29,900 nt of DNA from Candidatus Liptonbacteria bacterium RIFOXYD1_FULL_36_11 (GTDB lineage: Bacteria > Patescibacteriota > Minisyncoccia > UBA6257 > XYB1-36-10), in the NCBI GenBank assembly GCA_001821375.1, contig MHLG01000017.1, positions 1 to 29,900 of the forward strand. Direction: 5' to 3'. Shown in pieces: positions 1 to 9,084 of this stretch. The notes beneath the pieces were generated by a model that was given only the letters and a program-made list of their open reading frames with translations, had not been told where the DNA came from and searched no databases. The first letter of the stretch is position 1. The number at the start of each line of letters is the position of its first letter. A program made the translations under genes and the position numbers.

Positions 1-52
1 AAATAAAAGACTTTTTCTATAATAACTTGTTAATAAAATCTTTAATAACTCT

Positions 53-1414
53 TTAATCCTTGTAGATAATATCTTTTATTAAATTAATCTTTTGGTTTAA
101 TGTTATATTTTTTATTATTTCCTTATTTATTTTTTCACAGGAATAAATAGCGGTTGTATGGTCTCTCTTCCCCACCTTATTACCAATAAAAGGATAAGAC
201 ATTTTTAGAACTTCCCTTAACAAATACATTAATATTTGTCTTGGCTCTACAATTTCCTTTTTTCTTGATTTTCCTACTAAATCAATCACGGATACCTCAA
301 AAAAATCAGCCACCGCTTTTACTATCTTATTTGGGCTTATATTTTTATTAGCCTGGCTATTTTTACTTATTATTTCATCTAAAACACTATCGGTTATTTC
401 TATCCCCTTCTTCTCTTTTATAAAAATAAGCTTATTTAATATTCCCTCTATTTCTCTTATATTCTTTGTTAATTTTTGCGCTATTATATCTATTACTGTA
501 TTTGGTATTGTTTGTCCCATCTCGGAAAGTTTAGTTTTTATTATAGCCACCCTCATCTCATAATCAGGGTAAACTACATCAGCTATCATTCCTCCTTCAA
601 ACCTTGATCTTAATCTTTCATGTAAAGTTGGTAAAGCTTGCGGCGGACGGTCCGAAGATATAATTATTTGCTTATTTTCCCCGTATAAAGTGTTAAAAGT
701 ATGAAAAAATTCCTCTTCTGTTTTCTCTTTTCCTCCAATAAATTGTATATCATCAACTATTAAAACATCTATATCTCTGTATTTTTTCTTTATGTCGTCC
801 ATTCTTCTGTTTTTTATAGCCCAAACCACATCATTTATAAACTTTTCCGAAAAAACATACTTTACTCGCACCTTTCCTTTATAAAATGTATTAATTTCGT
901 TTCCTATTCCTTGTATTAAATGTGTCTTTCCAAGTCCCACTCCCCCATAAATAAAAAGCGGATTATATTTAGAACCTATATCCTTTACGACCGCCTGCGC
1001 CGCCGCGTATGCCAACTCATTTGAAGATCCTACGATAAAGTTTTTAAAAGTATATTTTGGGTTTAAATTAGTTACTGGATCTATTTTAAACTCTGGGAAA
1101 GGAGTTTGGGAAAAAGTTTCTAAAGGAGATTTTATTTTTTCCCCTGCTGTTGTCCCTTTAAATATATTTCCTTGTACTACAAACTCTATTTTTCTAGCTG
1201 AATCGTCTACATTTCTTAAAACCGCCAGGATATTCTTATAATATTTGTTTTCCACCCACTCTTTTGAAAAATTATTTGGTAAAGCTACCACAAAAACTCC
1301 CCCTTCCTGTTTATCTAAAAGCTTGCTACTTTTAAGCCATGTATAAAAATTAGCATGAGACACTTGTATCTCCATTTCTGAAAGAACTGAATTCCAAATT
1401 TTTTCAAATTCCAT
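53..1414 (-). CDS. dnaA: Chromosomal replication initiator DnaA
   Basis: NPKYTFKNFIVGSSN, Walker A YGGVGLGKTHL, Walker B LIVDDIQF, RLRSRF, C-terminal KRDHTTAIY DNA-binding domain; divergent from rpmH. Confidence 0.98.
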   Translation of the reverse strand: MEFEKIWNSVLSEMEIQVSHANFYTWLKSSKLLDKQEGGVFVVALPNNFSKEWVENKYYKNILAVLRNVDDSARKIEFVVQGNIFKGTTAGEKIKSPLETFSQTPFPEFKIDPVTNLNPKYTFKNFIVGSSNELAYAAAQAVVKDIGSKYNPLFIYGGVGLGKTHLIQGIGNEINTFYKGKVRVKYVFSEKFINDVVWAIKNRRMDDIKKKYRDIDVLIVDDIQFIGGKEKTEEEFFHTFNTLYGENKQIIISSDRPPQALPTLHERLRSRFEGGMIADVVYPDYEMRVAIIKTKLSEMGQTIPNTVIDIIAQKLTKNIREIEGILNKLIFIKEKKGIEITDSVLDEIISKNSQANKNISPNKIVKAVADFFEVSVIDLVGKSRKKEIVEPRQILMYLLREVLKMSYPFIGNKVGKRDHTTAIYSCEKINKEIIKNITLNQKINLIKDIIYKD

Positions 1415-1453
1415 ATTTTCGGAAAAATAAAATATTTAATTTTTATTGTTACT

Positions 1454-1482
1454 ATTCTACTCTTCTCTGTTTCAAACTTCAA
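1454..1482 (-). promoter_or_regulatory. Putative sigma70 promoter of dnaA (TTGAAG-17-TAGAAT)
   Basis: Minus-strand hexamers at 1477-1482 and 1454-1459 with a 17-nt spacer, about 40 nt upstream of the ATG. Confidence 0.45.
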
Positions 1483-1513
1483 AATACTCAAAATACCGTA
1501 AATGTTAATTTCT

Positions 1514-1522
1514 TGTGGAAAA
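1514..1522 (-). promoter_or_regulatory. Single DnaA box (TTTTCCACA)
   Basis: TGTGGAAAA on + matches the TTWTNCACA consensus; lies in the dnaA-rpmH intergenic region. Confidence 0.6.
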
Positions 1523-1625
1523 CTCATTTAAAATTTGCCTTTCTTCAACTTTAATGCTACATTTTTTAAAACAAGTCGATTATTACTTTTAAACTGACCG
1601 AAAAACTCCACCAACTCATTATTAT

Positions 1626-1760
1626 ATGTCTCAAACCTATAATCCTAATAAAAAAAAGCGCCAAAAAACCCACGGATTTTTAAAAAGGAAAAAAACTGCC
1701 ACTGGTAAGCGCGTTTTAAAGAGGAGGATGCAAAAAGGCAGAAAAAAACTCTCTGTTTAA
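1626..1760 (+). CDS. rpmH: 50S ribosomal protein L34 (44 aa; missing from the ORF track)
   Basis: Hand translation MSQTYNPNKKKRQKTHGFLKRKKTATGKRVLKRRMQKGRKKLSV; TY-P...R...HGF motif; canonical position. Confidence 0.97.
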   Translation: MSQTYNPNKKKRQKTHGFLKRKKTATGKRVLKRRMQKGRKKLSV

Positions 1761-1777
1761 GCATTTTTTCCTTATCT

Positions 1778-2128
1778 ATGCTTAAAAAAAGGCATAAACT
1801 TCCTATTTATCTTTTTTTATCCTTAAAAAGTGCCCTTAAAGTTATAAAAGGCGCTTTTCTTACTGTTAAAATAAAGGAAAACAACCTTTTGATAAGTCGT
1901 TTTGGCGTTGTTATTTCCTCTCGGTTTGATAAAAGAGCCGTCCATCGCAACTATTTAAAAAGAAAATTTTTTGATTTTTTTCGTCTAAATCTTAACAAAC
2001 TAGAAAAAGGATTTGATCTGCTTATTTACCTCTCCCCTTCCGTAAAATCTGATTTTTCTGAAGAAAAAATTTTAGAAGAACTTTCTTCTCTTCTAAAAAA
2101 ATCAGGTTTTTTAAAAATTAACAATTAA
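1778..2128 (+). CDS. rnpA: Ribonuclease P protein component
   Basis: RFGVVISSRFDKRAVHRNYLKR (RNR-type motif); synteny with rpmH. Confidence 0.93.
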   Translation: MLKKRHKLPIYLFLSLKSALKVIKGAFLTVKIKENNLLISRFGVVISSRFDKRAVHRNYLKRKFFDFFRLNLNKLEKGFDLLIYLSPSVKSDFSEEKILEELSSLLKKSGFLKINN

Positions 2129-2138
2129 AACTTTCTCT

Positions 2139-2849
2139 ATGTCTAACTTATATAATCAATTTTTCTTTCAGCCTCTTTTTAATGCTCTTATTTTTATTTA
2201 TAGCTACTTTTCTTTTGAAAGTCTTGGTTTAGCTGTTATCCTCCTCACTATCTTTATCAGAATTCTTCTCTTCCCCTTTTTTCATAAAAGTACAAAAAAT
2301 CAGATAATTATTCAGAAAATCCAACCCAAAATAAAAGAAATAATGGACAAGCATAAAGATAATAAAGAAGAACAAGTAAAAAAAGTTATGGAGATTTATA
2401 AAGAACATCAAGTTAATCCCTTTTCTGGATTTCTCCTTTTATTTATTCAACTTCCTATCCTTATTGCTTTATACCAAGTTTTTTATTATGGCCTTGCTCC
2501 CGAATCTTTTCACTATCTCTACTCATTTATTAGAAAGCCTGAAACTATAAACTTTATTTTTCTAGGCTTGATAAATCTAAAAGAAAAAAGTATTCTTATG
2601 GTTGTTTTGGCCGCTATTTTACAGTATTTTCAAGGAAAACTCCTTCTTCCAAAAAACAGTCAAAACAACAAAAAAGATCTTAGTTCTGCCGAAATAATGA
2701 GCCGGCAAATGGTCTTTTTCGGTCCAATTTTAACTATTCTTGTGCTTTCTAACTTACCGGCAGTCCTCGGTCTTTATTGGTCTGTTAGCTCCGCTTTTTC
2801 CATTTTTCAGCAAATCATCATTAATAAATCTTTAAAAAAACTAGATTAA
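2139..2849 (+). CDS. yidC: YidC/Oxa1 membrane protein insertase (short form)
   Basis: IILLTIFIRILLFP, QPKIKEI, NPFSGFLLLFIQLPILIALY, LYWSVSSAFSIFQQ; synteny. Confidence 0.95.
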   Translation: MSNLYNQFFFQPLFNALIFIYSYFSFESLGLAVILLTIFIRILLFPFFHKSTKNQIIIQKIQPKIKEIMDKHKDNKEEQVKKVMEIYKEHQVNPFSGFLLLFIQLPILIALYQVFYYGLAPESFHYLYSFIRKPETINFIFLGLINLKEKSILMVVLAAILQYFQGKLLLPKNSQNNKKDLSSAEIMSRQMVFFGPILTILVLSNLPAVLGLYWSVSSAFSIFQQIIINKSLKKLD

Positions 2850-2850
2850 A

Positions 2851-3288
2851 ATGAGTGAAATAAAAACAATTTTTGAAAAAATGTTAAAGCTTATGAGTGT
2901 AGGCGAATTTCATGTTGACGTTAATGAAGAAAATCACCGCTTAATCATCTTTTTTGAAAACGAAGATTTTATTATAAAAAAAAACTTACCCTTTCTTGTT
3001 AACGACTTAAACCATATCCTTCAACTTATTTCTAAAAAATCGTCCCTTCCTCCCTATTTTATAGATATAAATAATTATCGTTTAGAAAGAGAAAAAATAA
3101 TCTCCGAGCTTGCTAAAGCCGCCGCTAGAAAAGCTATTATGACAAAATCTGACATTTCTCTTCCGGCAATGAACGCTTACGAAAGAAGAATAATCCACGT
3201 GGAACTTTCTATGCGTCCCGATATTAAGACCGAATCCGAAGGTCTGGGACAAACTCGCCGTGTCATCGTTAAACCTATTTTAGATTAA
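2851..3288 (+). CDS. jag: Jag/KhpB-like R3H-domain RNA-binding protein
   Basis: DINNYR, LPAMNAYERRIIH (R3H), SEGLGQTRRV; follows yidC. Confidence 0.85.
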   Translation: MSEIKTIFEKMLKLMSVGEFHVDVNEENHRLIIFFENEDFIIKKNLPFLVNDLNHILQLISKKSSLPPYFIDINNYRLEREKIISELAKAAARKAIMTKSDISLPAMNAYERRIIHVELSMRPDIKTESEGLGQTRRVIVKPILD

Positions 3289-3300
3289 TTTTCTCAACGA

Positions 3301-3326
3301 AAAAACGCCTTGTGGGGCGTTTTTTT
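3301..3326. terminator. Bidirectional intrinsic terminator (jag/clpP)
   Basis: AAAAAACGCC-ttgtgg-GGCGTTTTTT between convergent genes. Confidence 0.85.
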
Positions 3327-3353
3327 ATTTGATAATGTTTTGCAATAATTCCT

Positions 3354-3950
3354 CTATTTCTTTTCTTTTCCACCTTGTCTTATTATCTCATCTACTAAAT
3401 TATATTTTTTTGCTTCTTCGGCGGTTAAATAAAAATCTCTATCCGTATCCCTTTCAATCTTTGAAATTGGCTGACTGGTATGTTTAGCTAAAATTTCATT
3501 CAGTTTTTGTTTTATCTTTAATATCTGCTTAGCTGTTATTTCTATTTCTGTTGCTTGCCCTTCCACCCCCCCCATTATTTGGTGTAGTAATATTTCAGCG
3601 TTTGGGAGCGACATTCTTTTTCCCTTTTTCCCCGCCGCAAGTAACACCGCCGCCATAGAAGCCGCCATTCCTACGCATACCGTGGAGACATCAGGCTTTA
3701 TAAACTGCATTGTGTCATAAATTGCCAGTCCTGCCGTCACTGACCCGCCCGGGCTGTTTATATAAATTTTTATATCTTTTTTAGGATCTTCGTGTTCAAG
3801 AAAAATTAGCTGGGCTATTACGGTATTTGCCATAGAATCATTAATCGGACCCCCTAAAAACACTATTCTTTCTTTAAGTAAACGCGAATAAATATCATAG
3901 GCTCTTTCCCCATACTGTGATTTTTCTATTACTGTTGGTATTAAATTCAT
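3354..3950 (-). CDS. clpP: ATP-dependent Clp protease proteolytic subunit
   Basis: [30 protein letters not shown] (catalytic Ser), LHQ, DRD. Confidence 0.98.
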   Translation of the reverse strand: MNLIPTVIEKSQYGERAYDIYSRLLKERIVFLGGPINDSMANTVIAQLIFLEHEDPKKDIKIYINSPGGSVTAGLAIYDTMQFIKPDVSTVCVGMAASMAAVLLAAGKKGKRMSLPNAEILLHQIMGGVEGQATEIEITAKQILKIKQKLNEILAKHTSQPISKIERDTDRDFYLTAEEAKKYNLVDEIIRQGGKEKK

Positions 3951-4000
3951 AATTTTATTTTAATTAAAAACTTTTTTAAATTCAAATCTCTTTAAATTTT

Positions 4001-4033
4001 ACCCCGTTAAACTGATTTTTATTTAACTGGGGT
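4001..4033. repeat. 33-bp REP-like hairpin (family D)
   Basis: ACCCCGTTAAA...TTTAAC(T)GGGGT; homologous copy at 21332-21364. Confidence 0.75.
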
Positions 4034-5044
4034 TTATTCCTGCTCCTCTAAAAACTTAAAAACCTTCTCATTCTTTATTTTACCGAAAGTATAGTCATAT
4101 AATTTTTCCGTGTTTATATTTTTTCTCTCTGCTGGGCTTGTTTGCGTTAAAATTTTACTGGCTTCTTCTTTTATTTCTTCTTCTGAAATCTCAATATTTT
4201 CTTTTTTATAAACTGCGTCTATAACTAAATGCGCTCTTATTTCTTTTTCAGCTTTTTCTTTCAATCTTTCATCAAGTTTTTCTTCTTTTTCATAATATTT
4301 CTTTATATACTCTTCAAAACTTATTTTTCCTCCCTCAAGACTCTTTTTTAAATCACTCTTCATTCCCTCTCTCATCTTTTCCACCATAACTTCCGGTATT
4401 TCTATTTTTGCCTTTTTTAATATCTCATCAATTATTTTTGCTCTGTTTTTATCGCCTTCTCTTACTATTTTTTCCGCCCGTAAGCCTTCTTTTATGCTTT
4501 TTTTTAAATCTCCCACTGTTTTAAAATCTCCCATACTCTTTACTATTTCATCCGTCAACTCTTTTTCTTTCTCTAACCCCCTTGCTTCAATTAGCCACTC
4601 TATCGCTTTTTTTATCTCCTCTTCTTCCACTGTTATTTTTTTTATTTTTTCTTTTACCTCCTCATTTGCTCTCTTGGCAATTATTTTATAATCAGGAAGC
4701 TCTACTTCTGGAAATAAAGTCAGTTCCGCTTTAAAACTTAATCCTTCTTTATCTTCCTCAAATTTTACTTTTGGTGAATCTATTAAAATCCATCCATTTT
4801 CTTCTCCTACTTTTTTTAAGCTATCCTTTACCGCCTTTTCCGCCGCCTCGTTAAATATTTTTTCTTGGCTAATAAAATCTTTAGCTATTTCTTCCGGTGC
4901 CTGTCCTATTCTAAACCCTTTTATCTGCAATTTTTCTTTTTCTTTTATAAAAACCTCCTCTATATATTTTTCAAGCTCCTCTTTTTCTATTTTTACGGAT
5001 AGAGCAACCAACCCATTTGTTTTTTTTTCAAAACTCGTTTTCAT
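4034..5044 (-). CDS. tig: Trigger factor lacking the FKBP/PPIase domain
   Basis: KGFRIGQAP ribosome-binding signature, FPEVELPDYK, C-domain IEIPEVMVE; 336 aa; upstream of clpP. Confidence 0.88.
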   Translation of the reverse strand: MKTSFEKKTNGLVALSVKIEKEELEKYIEEVFIKEKEKLQIKGFRIGQAPEEIAKDFISQEKIFNEAAEKAVKDSLKKVGEENGWILIDSPKVKFEEDKEGLSFKAELTLFPEVELPDYKIIAKRANEEVKEKIKKITVEEEEIKKAIEWLIEARGLEKEKELTDEIVKSMGDFKTVGDLKKSIKEGLRAEKIVREGDKNRAKIIDEILKKAKIEIPEVMVEKMREGMKSDLKKSLEGGKISFEEYIKKYYEKEEKLDERLKEKAEKEIRAHLVIDAVYKKENIEISEEEIKEEASKILTQTSPAERKNINTEKLYDYTFGKIKNEKVFKFLEEQE

Positions 5045-5112
5045 AAGTCTTTTTATTTACTACTTTAAATTAGCGCTTTAATATCTAAAAAATTTAACTT
5101 AATTTTTATATG

Positions 5113-5253
5113 GACTGTCGCCAAATACGCCTGTGGTGAACTTATTAAATCCACTTTCGTTACAAAATTTATAAAATTATCCCGATTCTGCGAAGCAGAA
5201 TCAAGGATCCTCTATAAAATCAGGACAGTAAAAATAGTATTTGGCGATATGTC
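5113..5253. mobile_element. MITE-like element with imperfect terminal inverted repeats
   Basis: TCGCCAAATAC (5118-5128) and GTATTTGGCGA (5237-5247) are an 11-bp perfect inverted repeat; internal hairpin GATTCTGC-GAA-GCAGAATC (5184-5202). Confidence 0.45.
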
Positions 5254-5254
5254 T

Positions 5255-7264
5255 TTATAAGTATCTTGCTATTAAAAGTGCCACTATGCTCATTACCTTA
5301 ATTAACGGGTTTATAGCTGGCCCAGCAGTGTCTTTATACGGATCCCCTACCATATCTCCTGTTACCGCCGCTTTATGCGCTGGAGACCCCTTTCCTCCAA
5401 AATATCCTCCTTCTATATACTTCTTTGCGTTGTCCCAAGCCGCCCCTCCCGAGGTCATGGAAAGAGCCATAAAAAGACCGGAAACTATCGCTCCTATTAA
5501 AAATCCTCCCAGAGCTATTGGTCCTAAAAGAAACCCAACCAACATTACTGCAAAGAGCGGTGTAAGTGCTGGTATTATCATTTCTTTTATTGCCGCCTTT
5601 GTTACAATATCCACCGCTTTTTCATAATCTGGCTTTGCTTTATATTCCATTATCCCTTCTATTTCTCTAAACTGCCTTCTTACTTCTTCCACTACCGCTC
5701 CCGCCGCTTTTCCTACCGACTTCATTGAAAGAGAACTAAAAAAATAAGGCACTGCCGCTCCTAAAAATAATCCAGAAATCACGTAAGGGTCTTGTAATCC
5801 AAAGGCCGTATTTTTAGCAAACTTTAAAAGTTCTTCTAAATATACTGAAAAGAGTACTAAAGCCGCTAGTCCTGCTGAAGCTATAGCATATCCTTTAGTC
5901 ACCGCCTTTGTTGTATTACCAACAGCGTCAAGCGCATCTGTCACTTTACGCACGTCTTCTTCTGCTTCAGACATTTCTGCTATTCCTCCCGCGTTATCTG
6001 TAATTGGTCCAAACGAATCTATGGAAATTATAATACCTGCCACCGAAAGCATTCCTACTGCCGCTATGGCAATTCCATACATTCCAGCCAATGAAAAACT
6101 TATAAGCATCCCGGCGCAAATTACTATAATCGGTAAAACTGTTGCTTCCATTCCCACCGAAAGTCCCATAATAATATTTGTTCCATGTCCGGAGTTAGAA
6201 GCCTCCGCAATGCTTTTAACCGGCCTGAATTTTTTTGATGTATAGTAATCGGTTAATATAACCATTAAAATAGTTACCACTAATCCGACCACTGAAGAAT
6301 AAAAAAGATTTAAATAATTATTTGGAAAAAAAGCGCGCGCGGCAATATAAAATAATATTACTGAAATAATTAACGAACTCCATAATCCTTTATAAAGCGC
6401 CCCCATTATTTTTGTCGGGGAAAGCTGGTCTCCTTTTTTTCCTAACTTAACAAAAAATGTTCCTATTATTGAAGCTATTATTGCCAGCCCTCCTAAAACT
6501 AACGGAAACAAAGAATGAGCATTTGTTGATTCTCCGCCAAAATAAGCCATTCCTAAAAGTATAGCCGCTGTTAAAGTGACTGCGTAAGTTTCAAATAAAT
6601 CCGCCGCCATTCCGGCGCAGTCCCCTACATTATCTCCTACGTTATCCGCTATCACTGCTGGATTTCTTGGATCATCCTCCGGAATGTTTGCTTCTAATTT
6701 TCCTACAAGGTCCGCTCCTACATCTGCCGCTTTTGTAAAAATACCTCCGCCTAATCTTGCAAAAACAGAAATTAAACTTGCTCCAAAACCAAGCCCGATT
6801 AAAATCTCAACATTATATGTAGTTAAGTAAAAAGAAGCTACTACTAGTAATGCCAAAGCCACTACTAAAAATCCTGTTACTGACCCTGCCTTAAAAGCCA
6901 ATCCTAAAGCTTTCTGTGTTCCCTCTCTTGCTGCTTCCGCTGTTTTTGCGTTTGCTCTTACTGCCACATTCATTCCAATAAATCCTGCGAGCGCTGATGA
7001 TATTGCCCCCGCCGCAAATCCCATCGCTACCGGTAATTTTAAAAAGTACCAGATTAAAAGAAATAAAAATATTGCTACTACCGCTATCGTTTTATATTGT
7101 CTTGAAAGATAAGCCTTTGAACCTAAAAGTATCGCTTTTGAAATTTGGTTCATTCTTTCATTTCCTTTCGGTTGTTTTTTTATCCAAAGAACTAAAAACA
7201 AACTGTAAATAAGCGCTAAAGCTATTGGCGCGTAAATTAAAATTTTTATTAATCCTATACTCAT
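5255..7264 (-). CDS. hppA: Membrane-bound H+-translocating pyrophosphatase, K+-independent type
   Basis: [73 protein letters not shown]. Confidence 0.95.
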   Translation of the reverse strand: MSIGLIKILIYAPIALALIYSLFLVLWIKKQPKGNERMNQISKAILLGSKAYLSRQYKTIAVVAIFLFLLIWYFLKLPVAMGFAAGAISSALAGFIGMNVAVRANAKTAEAAREGTQKALGLAFKAGSVTGFLVVALALLVVASFYLTTYNVEILIGLGFGASLISVFARLGGGIFTKAADVGADLVGKLEANIPEDDPRNPAVIADNVGDNVGDCAGMAADLFETYAVTLTAAILLGMAYFGGESTNAHSLFPLVLGGLAIIASIIGTFFVKLGKKGDQLSPTKIMGALYKGLWSSLIISVILFYIAARAFFPNNYLNLFYSSVVGLVVTILMVILTDYYTSKKFRPVKSIAEASNSGHGTNIIMGLSVGMEATVLPIIVICAGMLISFSLAGMYGIAIAAVGMLSVAGIIISIDSFGPITDNAGGIAEMSEAEEDVRKVTDALDAVGNTTKAVTKGYAIASAGLAALVLFSVYLEELLKFAKNTAFGLQDPYVISGLFLGAAVPYFFSSLSMKSVGKAAGAVVEEVRRQFREIEGIMEYKAKPDYEKAVDIVTKAAIKEMIIPALTPLFAVMLVGFLLGPIALGGFLIGAIVSGLFMALSMTSGGAAWDNAKKYIEGGYFGGKGSPAHKAAVTGDMVGDPYKDTAGPAINPLIKVMSIVALLIARYL

Positions 7265-7296
7265 TTTTTATTTTAATTTTATTTTTTAATTAATTT

Positions 7297-8496
7297 TTAT
7301 TTTATTTCTTCTTCCTTTTTTACCGTCTCTTCTATTATTACACCCTCTGCTTTTCCTCCTTCTATTTCTTCTTCCGGCTTTCTTTCCGATCTCACGTCTA
7401 TTTTCCATCCGGTTAATTTTGCCGCCAGTCTCACATTTTGCCCCCCTCTTCCAATAGCTAAACTTAACTGATCTTCCGGCACAAACACTCTCGCCTCTCT
7501 TCTCCCCCCCATCTCAATTCTTGAAACTTTAGCTGGCGAAATAGAATTAGCTACATATTTTTCCGGATCTTCCGACCACTCTATAATATCTAATTTTTCT
7601 TGTCCCACTTCATTATTTACTGCCATCACCCTCGTCCCTCTCTGCCCGACAAAACTTCCCACTGCATCTATATTTTCATCTTTTGAATGCACTGCTATTT
7701 TTGTCCTGCTTCCCGCTTCTCTTGCTATTGCTTTTATTTCCACCGTCCCTTCTGCTATCTCTGGCACTTCTGTCTCAAAAAGTTTACTGATAAATTTTGG
7801 GTGAATTCTAGACAATACTACATTTGCTCCTTTTGAATCATTTTGCACTGTCTCTACATAAAACTTTAATCTTTCTCCTATCCTATAATGTTCACCTTGT
7901 ACTGACTCGCCGCCGAACATTATCCCCTCTGCTCTTCCCAAATCTACAAACACATTTCCCCTTTCAAATCTTCTCACTACTCCGCTTACTATCATCCCCT
8001 CCCTATCTTTGTATTCATTGATAATAGAATCCCTCTCAATCTCTCTTAATTTTTGTAATATGTTTTGCTTTGCTGTTTGAGCGGCTATTCTTCCAAAATC
8101 TTCCTCCGGTACTGGTAATGGAAAAATTATCTCTTCTTCAAGCTCTGCATTTTCTTTTATTTTTTTTGCCTCTTCCAAAAGAATATGTTTTTCCGGATTA
8201 TATCTTGGCAGAACATCTTCTTCTTGTTGTAAAAAATCTTGCGCTACCGCTTCGCCCTCTTCCTCCTCTTCTATTATTCTTACCGTACTTTCGTCAACTA
8301 CTATTTTTGTCTGCCAAAAACTGGTGTTACCCGTCTCAAGGTCAAGCTTCGCTTTTACTACTCCCCCTCTCAACCCGTATTCTTTTTTATACGCCGCCGC
8401 TAAAGAAGCTTCCACCGCTTCTAAAACTTTATTTTTATCTATCTTCTTTTCTTCGGCTATCTGTCCGATAGCTTTTGCTAATTCTTTTAAATTCAT
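7297..8496 (-). CDS. nusA: Transcription termination factor NusA (ATG at 8496 preferred over TTG at 8514)
   Basis: FGRIAAQTAKQ, S1 domain, IAREAGSRTKIAV, GQRGTRV, LSLAIGRGGQNVRLAAKLTGWKIDV. Confidence 0.97.
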   Translation of the reverse strand: MNLKELAKAIGQIAEEKKIDKNKVLEAVEASLAAAYKKEYGLRGGVVKAKLDLETGNTSFWQTKIVVDESTVRIIEEEEEGEAVAQDFLQQEEDVLPRYNPEKHILLEEAKKIKENAELEEEIIFPLPVPEEDFGRIAAQTAKQNILQKLREIERDSIINEYKDREGMIVSGVVRRFERGNVFVDLGRAEGIMFGGESVQGEHYRIGERLKFYVETVQNDSKGANVVLSRIHPKFISKLFETEVPEIAEGTVEIKAIAREAGSRTKIAVHSKDENIDAVGSFVGQRGTRVMAVNNEVGQEKLDIIEWSEDPEKYVANSISPAKVSRIEMGGRREARVFVPEDQLSLAIGRGGQNVRLAAKLTGWKIDVRSERKPEEEIEGGKAEGVIIEETVKKEEEIK

Positions 8497-8514
8497 ATTT
8501 TTATTATAAAGCAA

Positions 8515-8545
8515 TTTTTTAAAAAACTCGCCTTTACGCGAGTTT
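8515..8545 (-). terminator. Terminator-like hairpin in the nusA upstream region
   Basis: Minus strand AAACTCGC-gtaaag-GCGAGTTT followed by a long T run. Confidence 0.65.
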
Positions 8546-8558
8546 CTGATTCCTTATT

Positions 8559-8588
8559 AATATACACCTTTCTCTCCTCTTAAGTCAA
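8559..8588 (-). promoter_or_regulatory. Putative promoter TTGACT-18-TATATT upstream of the nusA hairpin
   Basis: Minus-strand hexamers at 8583-8588 and 8559-8564. Confidence 0.5.
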
Positions 8589-8683
8589 CCTTTTTCTTTT
8601 ACATATTTTAAGTATTAAAAAATATTTTTCTTAATAGTAATCAAGACGCTATTCTTTAACAAAGACATATTTAAACAAATTTG

Positions 8684-9079
8684 TCAAATACCAATATTCT
8701 TATAATGCCTTACCTTCACCTTTTTTTCGTTTACAACCACTGCCACAAGATCTATTCTCCACCCAGCATCTTTTACTAGCTCTGGATGCAAATTAGCATA
8801 AAACTCACATATTTTCTTTAATTTTATCAACTTAGCCTTTGTTAAGTTGTCTTCCGGACTTATCAACAGATTTGCCGAATTATCCCCAAAAGATTTGGCA
8901 TAAACTTTTATAGTCTTTACCTCAACAAAAACAAGAATTTTGCTAGTATTTATCGCTATAATATCAATTTCCCCAAACTTCTTTCCCCAATTCCTTTCTA
9001 CTAATTTATACCCAGATTCCTTTAGATATCCACAAGCCAGCTCTTCGCCTAATTTACCAATTTTTAAATGAAAAGCCAT
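8684..9079 (-). CDS. yraN: YraN/UPF0102 family PD-(D/E)xK nuclease-like protein
   Basis: GKLGEELACGYL, GEIDIIA, LVFVEVK, RIDLVAV. Confidence 0.9.
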   Translation of the reverse strand: MAFHLKIGKLGEELACGYLKESGYKLVERNWGKKFGEIDIIAINTSKILVFVEVKTIKVYAKSFGDNSANLLISPEDNLTKAKLIKLKKICEFYANLHPELVKDAGWRIDLVAVVVNEKKVKVRHYKNIGI

Positions 9080-9084
9080 TTCAG

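Noticed and set aside
1315-1527. 70-aa ORF overlapping the dnaA start
   Set aside because: Runs through promoter DNA; no recognisable features
1415-1625. oriC in the dnaA-rpmH gap
   Set aside because: Only one consensus DnaA box was seen and there is no strand-composition switch
8497-8514. TTG start for nusA at 8514
   Set aside because: The extension is the -10 box region; ATG at 8496 gives a normal NusA N-terminus
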